Assembly: GCA_016204995.1 (NCBI GenBank)
Contig: JACQJR010000001.1
Coordinates: 92,548-156,547 of the forward strand
DNA length: 64,000 bases
Source: Candidatus Microgenomates bacterium
GTDB lineage: Bacteria > Patescibacteriota > Microgenomatia > UBA8517 > JACQJR01
Direction of reading: 5' to 3'
The notes below the pieces were generated by a model that did no database searches, was not told the origin of the DNA, and saw nothing but the letters and a program-made list of their open reading frames with translations. How positions within the stretch are numbered: the first letter of the stretch is position 1; the number at the start of each line of letters is the position of its first letter. A program made the translations under genes and the position numbers. Below are positions 36,145 to 44,601 of the stretch, piece by piece.

Positions 36145-37292
36145 TTAACAACCTTTTCCAAAACTCCTAAAGTTTGGTGGGCGGTTTTTTGCCAGTCAAA
36201 CATTTTAACCCTTACCAAACCCTTTTTAGAAAGTTTCTTGTGATTTTTCAGAGCTTTTTCTATCCCTTTGGCAATATCTTCTGGCATATTTGGATCTACC
36301 AGAATATCGGCATTACCCACTACCTCGGGCAAACTACCCACATTAGAAGCTACCACCGGCGTACCCACTGCCATAGCTTCTACCGCCGGAATACCAAACC
36401 CTTCCCAAAAACTCGGCAAAACAAAAACTTTAGCACCAGACAGTAATGATGGCACATCTTCATCGGCAACAAAATCAGTAAAAATTACTTTTTCCTCTAA
36501 ACCTAATTCCTTAACAAGGCTAAAAATTGAATCGTATAGCCATCCTCGTTTTCCGGCAATCACTAAAGAGAGGTCATTGGGCTCTTGGGTCATTGGGCTC
36601 TTGGGTTTATTATTCCTAGAAGCCAAAGAGCCTAACAGCCTAAAAGCCTGAATAAGTCCTTCCACATTCTTACTTGGTTTAAGAGTCCCCAAAAACAAAA
36701 TATAATCACCATCAATTTTATATTTTTCTTTTACTTGTTTTAATTGGAAATTGGAAATTGGAAATTGGAAATTCTTCCTATCATAGCCTGGATATGTTAC
36801 TGTAATCTTTTTATCTGGAACACCATAAGACTTTACTATATCTTTCTTTGTGCTTTCAGAAATAGCCAAGATATGATTAGCGTTTTTAATGGAATGGCCA
36901 GTCCAACGAGACAGCTGTAACCAATCCCTTTTAGTAAATTGTTCAGGATATCGCAAATATCCTAAATCCATAATGGAGACGACTGTGGGAATAGGCGACC
37001 AGCGGGGCCGATAATGCCCGGGTGTAAAAAAGATATCAAGGTGTTTACCGAAAAATAGAGAAAAGGGGAGGGCCAACTGCGTCCAAAAATACTTGGGGCC
37101 AAAAACTTTATATTCCCAACCCTCGCGTCTTTTTGGCATATCGGGCAGGGGATTACTCCGCAGATAAATTATGAACTGATGCTCCTGGCTCTCTGGTAAA
37201 TCATACAGTGCCAGAAGTAATTCAAAAGCGTATTGGTTAGCCCCTACCCGATTTTTAACATTGGCCTCATTTCCGTCTATACCAATTATCAT
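36132..37292 (-). CDS. GT4 glycosyltransferase
   Basis: IGIDGNEAN, GTLKPSKN and EGFGIPAVEAMAVGTPV motifs. Confidence 0.93.
   Translation of the reverse strand: MIIGIDGNEANVKNRVGANQYAFELLLALYDLPESQEHQFIIYLRSNPLPDMPKRREGWEYKVFGPKYFWTQLALPFSLFFGKHLDIFFTPGHYRPRWSPIPTVVSIMDLGYLRYPEQFTKRDWLQLSRWTGHSIKNANHILAISESTKKDIVKSYGVPDKKITVTYPGYDRKNFQFPISNFQLKQVKEKYKIDGDYILFLGTLKPSKNVEGLIQAFRLLGSLASRNNKPKSPMTQEPNDLSLVIAGKRGWLYDSIFSLVKELGLEEKVIFTDFVADEDVPSLLSGAKVFVLPSFWEGFGIPAVEAMAVGTPVVASNVGSLPEVVGNADILVDPNMPEDIAKGIEKALKNHKKLSKKGLVRVKMFDWQKTAHQTLGVLEKVVNPDV
36572..36650. repeat. 8-mer-based inverted array inside the GT4 gene
   Basis: (GGTCATTGGGCTCTTG)x2, then CCAAAGAG CCTAACAG CCTAAAAG; same family as 182-256. 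Confidence 0.75.
36742..36773. repeat. Perfect heptamer tandem (AATTGGA)x4 in the GT4 linker
   Basis: aattggaaattggaaattggaaattggaaatt; encodes NFQFPISNFQL. Confidence 0.85.
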
Positions 37293-38380
37293 TTCCTCAC
37301 TACCTCCTCATAAACATTTAAAGTTTCCCTGGCAGCTTTTTCCCAGGAGAATTGTTTAACTCGCATTAGACCTTTCTTAATTAAATCCTTTCTTTTATCA
37401 AGCGCTTCTTCTATGCCTTTTTCTATATCGTCTATTTCATATGGGTTTACTAAAACCGCCGCGTTTTTGGCTATTTCTGCCATACTGGAAAGATTAGAAG
37501 TTACTACTGGTACCTCACAAGTAAAAGCATCTAGAATCGGTAAACCAAAACCTTCATAGAGTGAAGCATAAACCAAAGCGCTGGCTCCTGATAAAATGGT
37601 AGAAAATTCCCGATCGTCACCAATATGTCCCAAATGAATTACTTTTCCTTGCCCTGTGGAAGTAGATCTCACCGCTTTAGCCCATCTTCTCCCAACTACC
37701 ACTAATGGGGGACCATCTTTAATTTTGGCAACTGCTTGAATAATTCTATCAATATTTTTCCGCGGATTAACTCCCACCGTCAGTAGATATTCCTTAGGAA
37801 GCTGGTATTTTTTTTTCAATTCCCCTATTGCTACCTCCCCCATCTTTTTCACGCTACTATCAGACGCTTCATAAACAACCGCTATTTTCTGCTCAGGAAT
37901 TCCCAGATGCTCAATAATATCTTTTTTTGTAGCCTCTGAAACCGCGATTATCATATCTGCTTCTTTTTTCACCCATGTTAATCGCCTTTGGTGTGCTGCC
38001 ACAATTTTAGGATGGGAACTGTCGGGAAATAAAATCGGTACTAAATCATGAATAGTGGTGACGAGTGTTGCCTCTCTGGCCGGCGGCTGAGTCCAATCAG
38101 AAGCATGAAAAACATCAATCTTACCTACAAAATTCTCTATAGGAAATTTATGCAATCTATTCCATAAAAAATCTGCCATGGTGGGCGAAAGAGGAAAAAC
38201 TTTTAAAGTACTTTTAGCAGGATGGTATTTTTGCAGCTCCCCTATTTTACGTAGAGAACCGCCAAAAAGCACATACTCATTCTTTTGATCAATTTCCAAA
38301 AGGGCATCTACTAAATTTTTAGTGTATTTAGAAACACCGGTGCCATAAACAATCTGCGATATATCAATACCTATTTTCAT
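37289..38380 (-). CDS. GT4 glycosyltransferase
   Basis: MKIGIDIS, GTGVSKY, TTIHDL and YEGFGLPILDA motifs; ATG at 38380 preferred. Confidence 0.93.
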   Translation of the reverse strand: MKIGIDISQIVYGTGVSKYTKNLVDALLEIDQKNEYVLFGGSLRKIGELQKYHPAKSTLKVFPLSPTMADFLWNRLHKFPIENFVGKIDVFHASDWTQPPAREATLVTTIHDLVPILFPDSSHPKIVAAHQRRLTWVKKEADMIIAVSEATKKDIIEHLGIPEQKIAVVYEASDSSVKKMGEVAIGELKKKYQLPKEYLLTVGVNPRKNIDRIIQAVAKIKDGPPLVVVGRRWAKAVRSTSTGQGKVIHLGHIGDDREFSTILSGASALVYASLYEGFGLPILDAFTCEVPVVTSNLSSMAEIAKNAAVLVNPYEIDDIEKGIEEALDKRKDLIKKGLMRVKQFSWEKAARETLNVYEEVVRK

Positions 38381-39722
38381 ATTTCCATACCCCCACTCCA
38401 TTAAAGTCCCATTCTACCGTTTTTTCAAAGCCTATATTTTCTAACTTATATCTCACTTCATCTTGGGGATCAAAAATGGGCTGAGCATAACGCATCAGAT
38501 AAATAACATTAAACTTATTTTTTGATATGTCTTCTATTTTGACATCTGGCACAAATTTAGCATAATAGTGATATGCTTCTCTTTGCCCATTACCGATAAA
38601 CAAAGTAGCGGCAGTTTTTTGACGAGCGTTTTCTTCAATCCAAATCACGGCTTTGCGCCAGTCCTCCCGATGAAAACGGGGATTAAAAAGATAAATAGAA
38701 GAGGCAATAATATTTACTATTAATATACCGCCTATTACTATTAATTTTAAGACTTTTTGATTAATTGATATACCTCCATAAGCCACCAGCAGATAAAAAG
38801 CTGGTAAAATAAAAATTAATCTAAAGTAGGAAAAACCAGAAAATATGGTGCCAAATAAGGATGATAAAATTAATGGTCCGGCCAACCACCACCAAAGTAA
38901 TTTAGTCTTGGAAAATTGCGATAAACTTTCTATTAGGGTTATAAAAAATGGTACAGCAGCTACTGCCACGATACTACCATAAAATATTTTGTTGTAGGAA
39001 GAAATCCGGCCAATTATAAATTTAACTGGTACTAAAGCCAACTCTTTTAAATCAGTTCTGCCCAAAGTTTGCCACCAAAGCGGCGCATTTTGGCGCACCC
39101 CAACTCCACTTTGTATTTGAGTTAATAAAGTAGGAATCCAAGGAAGAAAAATAACTCCTGTAGCAATAATCCATCCAAAAACATACACAATATACTTTTT
39201 TTCATAAATAATTAGATAAACCACTAAACTTGCTAACAAAAATACCGGTAAATAATCTGTATATAGAAGAGCTGCGCTAAAAATAGTCAGCCATAAAAAT
39301 TTCTTGGTAATCACAAAATAGACAACAATCGTCGCCAAAAGCGTTTCCATTGAATACATTCTGGCTTCTTGAGAATAATAGAGGTGAAGAGGGGCCGTTG
39401 CTAAAAATAAGGCAGACACTAAACCAATATTTTTGTTAAACAGCTTTTTACCAATTAAAAAGACTATATAAATAGTAGATATCCCTAAAACTACCGATAA
39501 ACTTCGTGCTGCTACCTCGCTTGATCCAAGCATCATCATCCATACTTTTAGCATAAGGTAGTAAAGGGGTGGGTGGAAATCTCCCGGAGAAAATTTAGTT
39601 AAGATATCAGAAAAAGTTAGATCACGAGCCGTTAAAATACTGGTAGCCTCATCCAGCCATAAAGATTGGTTAAGGGAAACAAATCTAAGTATAAGACCAA
39701 GTATAAGTATCAGAAAAATCAT
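38364..39722 (-). CDS. GT-C (PMT/ArnT-like) membrane glycosyltransferase
   Basis: QSLWLDEA, DFHPPLYY, ARSLS and YSQEARMY motifs. Confidence 0.9.
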   Translation of the reverse strand: MIFLILILGLILRFVSLNQSLWLDEATSILTARDLTFSDILTKFSPGDFHPPLYYLMLKVWMMMLGSSEVAARSLSVVLGISTIYIVFLIGKKLFNKNIGLVSALFLATAPLHLYYSQEARMYSMETLLATIVVYFVITKKFLWLTIFSAALLYTDYLPVFLLASLVVYLIIYEKKYIVYVFGWIIATGVIFLPWIPTLLTQIQSGVGVRQNAPLWWQTLGRTDLKELALVPVKFIIGRISSYNKIFYGSIVAVAAVPFFITLIESLSQFSKTKLLWWWLAGPLILSSLFGTIFSGFSYFRLIFILPAFYLLVAYGGISINQKVLKLIVIGGILIVNIIASSIYLFNPRFHREDWRKAVIWIEENARQKTAATLFIGNGQREAYHYYAKFVPDVKIEDISKNKFNVIYLMRYAQPIFDPQDEVRYKLENIGFEKTVEWDFNGVGVWKYENRY

Positions 39723-40534
39723 TTAGCTCCTTTTCCAGTTAACAAATATTCTAAAATTCCCACAAAAACTCCTAAGTCATAAACAAGCTTAAAAATTAAA
39801 AATTGTGGTTTTAAATAAATGAAAGATTTAACTAAACCTACTATTAGGGATATAGGTAGTAAAATTCTAATCAACCCCACTAATATTCCTAATATCCCCA
39901 GTTTATAACGCCGTTTGGCCGTCCACTTTGCTTGCAAAAAAACTTCTGTCAAGTTTTCTGGATTTTTATGATAGAATTTGGCACCTTCTGCCGCTACTGC
40001 TTCATATCCCAATTTCTGGCTTAAACTCCAATCGTCAGTGTAATGTCCGCCTTTTTCAAATCCCCCTACCAGATTAAATTCACTGGCCAGAATTGCCCGA
40101 AAAACTTTTTGTTTGTCCGGATAATTTTTAGGGTGTCTTTTTCCTTTTTCCCAGCCTTCGTTAATACCCCAACATTCTGACCAGATATTTTCTGGATTTA
40201 CTACATACTCTTCGCGACTCCAAGTCCCTTTGGTTTTTCCCTGTAGAATGGGTTCCACTAGCTTTTTAATAAAGTCTTTATCAAAAGTCATATCCGCATC
40301 CACAAATACCAAAATCTCACCTTTTGCTTTACTTGCCCCCAAATTCCTCGCCTCTCCTGGACCTTTATGCTCTTTTCTTAAAATTTGACATTTCTTGATT
40401 GTGTTATCAGTAGACCCATCATCCACCACTATCACTTCCATGTTCTTATAACTCTGCTGGGCAAGTGAAGATAAACACTCTCCTATTACCTTTTCCTCAT
40501 TAAAAACCGGAATAATAATAGTTACTTTTTCCAT
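39719..40534 (-). CDS. GT2 glycosyltransferase with C-terminal membrane segments
   Basis: MEKVTIIIPVFNEE, VDDGSTD, ARNLG and FVDAD motifs; ATG at 40534 preferred. Confidence 0.92.
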   Translation of the reverse strand: MEKVTIIIPVFNEEKVIGECLSSLAQQSYKNMEVIVVDDGSTDNTIKKCQILRKEHKGPGEARNLGASKAKGEILVFVDADMTFDKDFIKKLVEPILQGKTKGTWSREEYVVNPENIWSECWGINEGWEKGKRHPKNYPDKQKVFRAILASEFNLVGGFEKGGHYTDDWSLSQKLGYEAVAAEGAKFYHKNPENLTEVFLQAKWTAKRRYKLGILGILVGLIRILLPISLIVGLVKSFIYLKPQFLIFKLVYDLGVFVGILEYLLTGKGAK

Positions 40535-40562
40535 CTTGAATGAAATGAAAGATAGTCCACGT

Positions 40563-41504
40563 CTATAGCTCTTTAAATAAATTTTCGTATTGTTCTGCAA
40601 TCTTATCCCAGGAAAATTTTTCCGCTTGTTTGCGAGGTTTATTCTTCCAATCAATTTTTAAAGCTTCATCAATGGCAGTAGCATATTTTTCTAAATCTGA
40701 CACATCGGTTAAAATACCAGCTTGTCCAATAATTTCCCTCCGGGATTGATCATCGGGTGCCACCACAACCAGCCCACAAGCCATAGCTTCTACATAAACA
40801 ATGCCGAAAGATTCTCTATCCCAAGAAGGCAAAACAAATAAATCGCAAGAACGGTAATATTTTGGCAAATCTTTATAACCAGCCTGAATTATTTGAAACC
40901 TGTCTTCACCTAAAAGCTGCATACCCATCTTTTGTAATTTATCTTCCTCTGATCCTGCACCAATAATTAAAAGTGAACCTTTGTTAAATTCTGCCATTGC
41001 CCGTATCGTCCTCTCATGATGTTTGTACCATTCTAAAGCCCCTACGCTAAGGATAATAGGTTTAGGTAAATTAATTTTTACCTTCTGGCTAGTGGTAGAG
41101 AATTTTTCTAAATCAACGCCGTTATTAATTTTTACAATCCTTGTTTTCCACGCCCATTTTTGAGCCCAATGTTTTTCAAAATCAGTTAAAGCTACATAGA
41201 CATCAGGCGCAGTTAGGAAAATATTCCAAATATCATCCTTACCTACTCCGGCCTGACCGGAAATAATAATTTTATAACCACCAGATATTCTCCCTATGCT
41301 TGCTTTCAAAGCTTGTAATCTACCATTGGTAGGAATAACCAAATCATATTTTCCTTTTATTATCCGGCTAAAAGAATCTGCGTCCTGGCCACTTAAAACT
41401 TCTACTTCATGATTCTGGTTAAGTCTAGCCGAAAGCTCTGCCACATAAGTTTCTACCCCCCTATTAACTTTATTTTGATAGCGTGATAAAAAGGCAATTC
41501 TCAT
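40563..41504 (-). CDS. GT4 glycosyltransferase
   Basis: RGVETY, NGVD and ESFGIVYVEAMACGL motifs. Confidence 0.92.
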   Translation of the reverse strand: MRIAFLSRYQNKVNRGVETYVAELSARLNQNHEVEVLSGQDADSFSRIIKGKYDLVIPTNGRLQALKASIGRISGGYKIIISGQAGVGKDDIWNIFLTAPDVYVALTDFEKHWAQKWAWKTRIVKINNGVDLEKFSTTSQKVKINLPKPIILSVGALEWYKHHERTIRAMAEFNKGSLLIIGAGSEEDKLQKMGMQLLGEDRFQIIQAGYKDLPKYYRSCDLFVLPSWDRESFGIVYVEAMACGLVVVAPDDQSRREIIGQAGILTDVSDLEKYATAIDEALKIDWKNKPRKQAEKFSWDKIAEQYENLFKEL

Positions 41505-41535
41505 CCTTCGACTCCCTTCATTCGCTCAGGACAGG
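41505..41535. repeat. CCTGAGCGAA..GTCGAAGG element, copy 2, forming a gene junction
   Basis: Minus strand reads CCTGTCCTGAGCGAATGAAGGGAGTCGAAGG, followed immediately by the ATG of the next gene. Confidence 0.7.
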
Positions 41536-42951
41536 TTTTTTCTCCCACAACCATATCCCTGGCGTAACTTCCTCTATCTTAGTATAGTTGTCTTTGATCC
41601 ACTTCACAATTTTCTGCGGTTGGTAGGTTCCCAAATCAAACCAATTACCTTGCGAGGGAATGCGCCAGAAAATAAATTGAGGTAGACCTGCCTGCGCAGG
41701 CAAGTTTTCCTCCCAACGGCTGATAATTTCTCTTTGCACACCCGGAATTTCCAGATACCAGCCAAAATTATCTGTCCAGCGTTTAGGAGGTAACCGATTA
41801 GACATGACATAGAGATTAGCCGGCAGCCCTAAAAGGAAGACTTTTTCTGCTGGTGCGACTCTTTGGGAGATTAAATCGGCCAGTGCTAACTCATCTCTGC
41901 CATAAAAACGAGCTTCTTTACCCCATTCCAAAGTAATCACTGAACGGTGAACAAAAAATAACAATAAGGCACTAGGCACTAGAAAATAGGCAATAGTAGA
42001 AGAGGAAATTTTGATCTTTGACAACAAAATACCATATAAAATTACTAAAAATGCCAAAGCAATTTGAAAATGAAAAAAAGAAAAGCGGGGATAGATAGCA
42101 ATCAGGCTGGCCAGAAAAAATAATAAAATTAATTGACTGTCTTTATCTTTTAAGATCTTTCTTCGCCGCCACAAGAAAGCCAGAGGGAAAAATAGAATAC
42201 CCAAAACAATTAACTCTCTTTTGGAAGAAATAGACTGTAAATATCCAGGAAATTTACCAAACCAAAGAAGAGGATAAATAATCACCCAATTTATAAAGTC
42301 TCCTAAAGCTCCTTCTTGGATCAGACGAATTAGTAATGGTATTCCAAAGATTAAGAGTCCAATTAGAAAAGATTTTGGGCCAGAGGCCCATCCGCCTTTG
42401 GCGGACAATTGATTAAAACTTTTCCTTTTGATAAATATTAAATACAAAAAGGCCAAGATAAAAAATATTATCGCTGTTTGTTTAATAAAAATCGCTACCG
42501 ACAGAGCAAGGCCTGCCAGAAAAATATTGCCCCGTAAGATAAATAAGGTACCCAATAAAATCGGGGGGATGATTGCCAAGTCAAACCATAGCATATTCCC
42601 ATCTAAAAATGGCTGCAGCAATATATAAATAAATAAAGTTAAAATAGCTACTATATTATTGTGTGTTAATTGCTTCGTAATTAAAAAAATCAAAATATCG
42701 CTTGTTAAAATTACGGCCCATGCCAGCATCTTTAAAACCCATAGCTCGTGACCTAAGATATAATAAAACCATGATAAAACCATTGTCAGTAGGGGTGGGT
42801 AAGGATGAATCATATCCTTGTAAATCAGAAATTGTGACTCGCGTAAATAAGGATAAGCCAACATTTCCGGCCAAGCAGTAAATTGCAGATTAATTAAGAA
42901 AAAAAGGTGAATCCCTAGAAGAATTACTATCCAAAACCAAAATTTATTCAT
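41518..42951 (-). CDS. GT-C-like polytopic membrane protein
   Basis: YKD..HPYPPL and IFIKQT motifs; about 11 TM segments plus a C-terminal soluble domain. Confidence 0.75.
   Translation of the reverse strand: MNKFWFWIVILLGIHLFFLINLQFTAWPEMLAYPYLRESQFLIYKDMIHPYPPLLTMVLSWFYYILGHELWVLKMLAWAVILTSDILIFLITKQLTHNNIVAILTLFIYILLQPFLDGNMLWFDLAIIPPILLGTLFILRGNIFLAGLALSVAIFIKQTAIIFFILAFLYLIFIKRKSFNQLSAKGGWASGPKSFLIGLLIFGIPLLIRLIQEGALGDFINWVIIYPLLWFGKFPGYLQSISSKRELIVLGILFFPLAFLWRRRKILKDKDSQLILLFFLASLIAIYPRFSFFHFQIALAFLVILYGILLSKIKISSSTIAYFLVPSALLLFFVHRSVITLEWGKEARFYGRDELALADLISQRVAPAEKVFLLGLPANLYVMSNRLPPKRWTDNFGWYLEIPGVQREIISRWEENLPAQAGLPQFIFWRIPSQGNWFDLGTYQPQKIVKWIKDNYTKIEEVTPGIWLWEKKPVLSE
41687..41704. 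repeat. 18-bp palindrome copy (1 mismatch), in-frame
   Basis: CCTGCCTGCGCAGGCAAG; encodes LPAQAG; removal gives EENLPQF. Confidence 0.92.
42376..42405. repeat. Two abutting 15-bp hairpins, in-frame (30 bp)
   Basis: TGGGCC-AGA-GGCCCA and TCCGCC-TTT-GGCGGA; encode SAKGG-WASGP; removal gives KRKSFNQLKSFLIG. Confidence 0.9.
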
Positions 42952-43783
42952 GAACTTTTTCCGCCACCACCGTTAATCCGCTACCAGCTCCCATTTTACT
43001 GGAGATTAATGAAGGGATTAAAGTTATGATATTCACAAAAAACCTTTTTTTGAAAGTAGTTAAGCTTTCCCATAATTCTTGCAGAGGATTGCCATAATCC
43101 CAAATACCAGAATGAGTTTCCCAATACAAAACCTTAAAACCAGCTTTTTGCAAAAGCATAAAAAGAGCAGTAGGGGTAAAATGCCACAAATGCTCTTTTG
43201 GTAAAATATAACGCCATGTTTCTCTCTCAACTCTTGCAGAAAAAGAAGCAAAATTAGGCACATCAATAAAAACTAAGCCTTTTTTTCGCAAAACCTTATT
43301 GGTTTTTTGAAGAGTTTTAACAGGATCTGTCAGATGCTCTAAAACATGATTAAAAATTACTAAATCAAAACTGCGCGGCGGCAGTTTGGCATTTTCAAAA
43401 GTGGTATTCAAAGTAGCAATCCCTTTCTCGCGAGCGTTGCTGGCGGCAGTGTGCGAAGGTTCTATACCTAATACTTCCCAGCCACTCTCCTTTAAGAGCG
43501 ATAAGATCAGGCCTGTGGAGGAACCAACTTCCAAAGCTTTGCCGTTATAATTGGCATCGCGAAATTCAGATAAAATCTGCATTCTTTTAGAGAAAATATT
43601 CCTAAATTGTTTTTGGGAAGTAAGATAAACGGGATCGCGATGATAAGTTTGATAATTTTCTTGTCTAACTGATTGGGTCACTCCTAAGCCGCATTTTAAG
43701 CATTTAAAAATTGAAGCGCCCTTATTTTTGCCTAGAAGTGTTAATTTTCTACCGCAAGCCAAACAATTTTGTTCTTTTTTCAT
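42944..43783 (-). CDS. Class I SAM-dependent methyltransferase with N-terminal CxxC..CxxC
   Basis: ALEVGSSTG, GIEPS, FDLVIFNHVLEH, VPN and EHLWHF motifs. Confidence 0.92.
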   Translation of the reverse strand: MKKEQNCLACGRKLTLLGKNKGASIFKCLKCGLGVTQSVRQENYQTYHRDPVYLTSQKQFRNIFSKRMQILSEFRDANYNGKALEVGSSTGLILSLLKESGWEVLGIEPSHTAASNAREKGIATLNTTFENAKLPPRSFDLVIFNHVLEHLTDPVKTLQKTNKVLRKKGLVFIDVPNFASFSARVERETWRYILPKEHLWHFTPTALFMLLQKAGFKVLYWETHSGIWDYGNPLQELWESLTTFKKRFFVNIITLIPSLISSKMGAGSGLTVVAEKVHE

Positions 43784-44601
43784 ATTAATCGCCTCTTAAT
43801 TTTTTTCAAGGGTGTCTGCCATAAGGCTTTGGCTTTATAAGATAAATCCATTTTTGGCCAGGGTGAAGAAACTATAGCGGGTCTCGCCTTAAATAACACT
43901 TCTGGATAATAAAAATCTCGCGGGAACTCTATTCCTATTTCATATTTTAATTTATGAGCTCTTTTGGGGACTAATATATCTCCAGTCCGAGCTAGTGAAC
44001 GAGGCAAATGAGTAGCATGTAAATACGGTGCATCCACAAAAAATACTTTTTGCGGGTCTCTATATTGGATCATTTTGTCCTCCTCGTCTACCCACCCCCA
44101 ACTACCATGTGGTTTATCTGACTTTAAACCAGGAATATGACGATTTACCCCTCGCAAGTTGAGGTGACCATTTCTACCGGCTAAATGATATCTGCCCGCC
44201 TTTTCTTCTTGATAATGATAAATGTCTCCTAATAAATTAATAGTTGGCACCACCACTGATTCAATAGTACTATCTTTGTTATTAATAGCATCCACCACTT
44301 TCTTAATTGAATCATTCCACCAAATTTCATCCCCATCAACTACAATAAACCAATCAGTATTCGTTGCTTCCAGCATTTCCTGTCTGATTTTCATAAAACC
44401 AGCTGGATCAACTTCGCCTACTTCTTTAAAATCAATTTTAGTTGGTCCTGCTCTTTTAATTGTTTTTATAATCTCTGGAGTTTGATCAGAGCTACCTGTA
44501 TCCCATAATAATACCTTATCAACATAGTCTATGACCGACATTACTGCAAACCAGACGAAACGGGCTTCATTCTTAACTAAACAATGGGCTGTAATAGTCA
44601 T
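43780..44601 (-). CDS. GT2 glycosyltransferase
   Basis: MTITAHCLVKNE, DTGSSD and VDGDEIW motifs; ATG at 44601 forms an ATGA overlap. Confidence 0.88.
   Translation of the reverse strand: MTITAHCLVKNEARFVWFAVMSVIDYVDKVLLWDTGSSDQTPEIIKTIKRAGPTKIDFKEVGEVDPAGFMKIRQEMLEATNTDWFIVVDGDEIWWNDSIKKVVDAINNKDSTIESVVVPTINLLGDIYHYQEEKAGRYHLAGRNGHLNLRGVNRHIPGLKSDKPHGSWGWVDEEDKMIQYRDPQKVFFVDAPYLHATHLPRSLARTGDILVPKRAHKLKYEIGIEFPRDFYYPEVLFKARPAIVSSPWPKMDLSYKAKALWQTPLKKIKRRLI

Noticed and set aside
37648-37675. GC-rich stretch GCCCTGTGGAAGTAGATCT encoding VRSTSTGQG in a GT4 loop
   Set aside because: Looks insertion-like but is single-copy here and not clearly palindromic.
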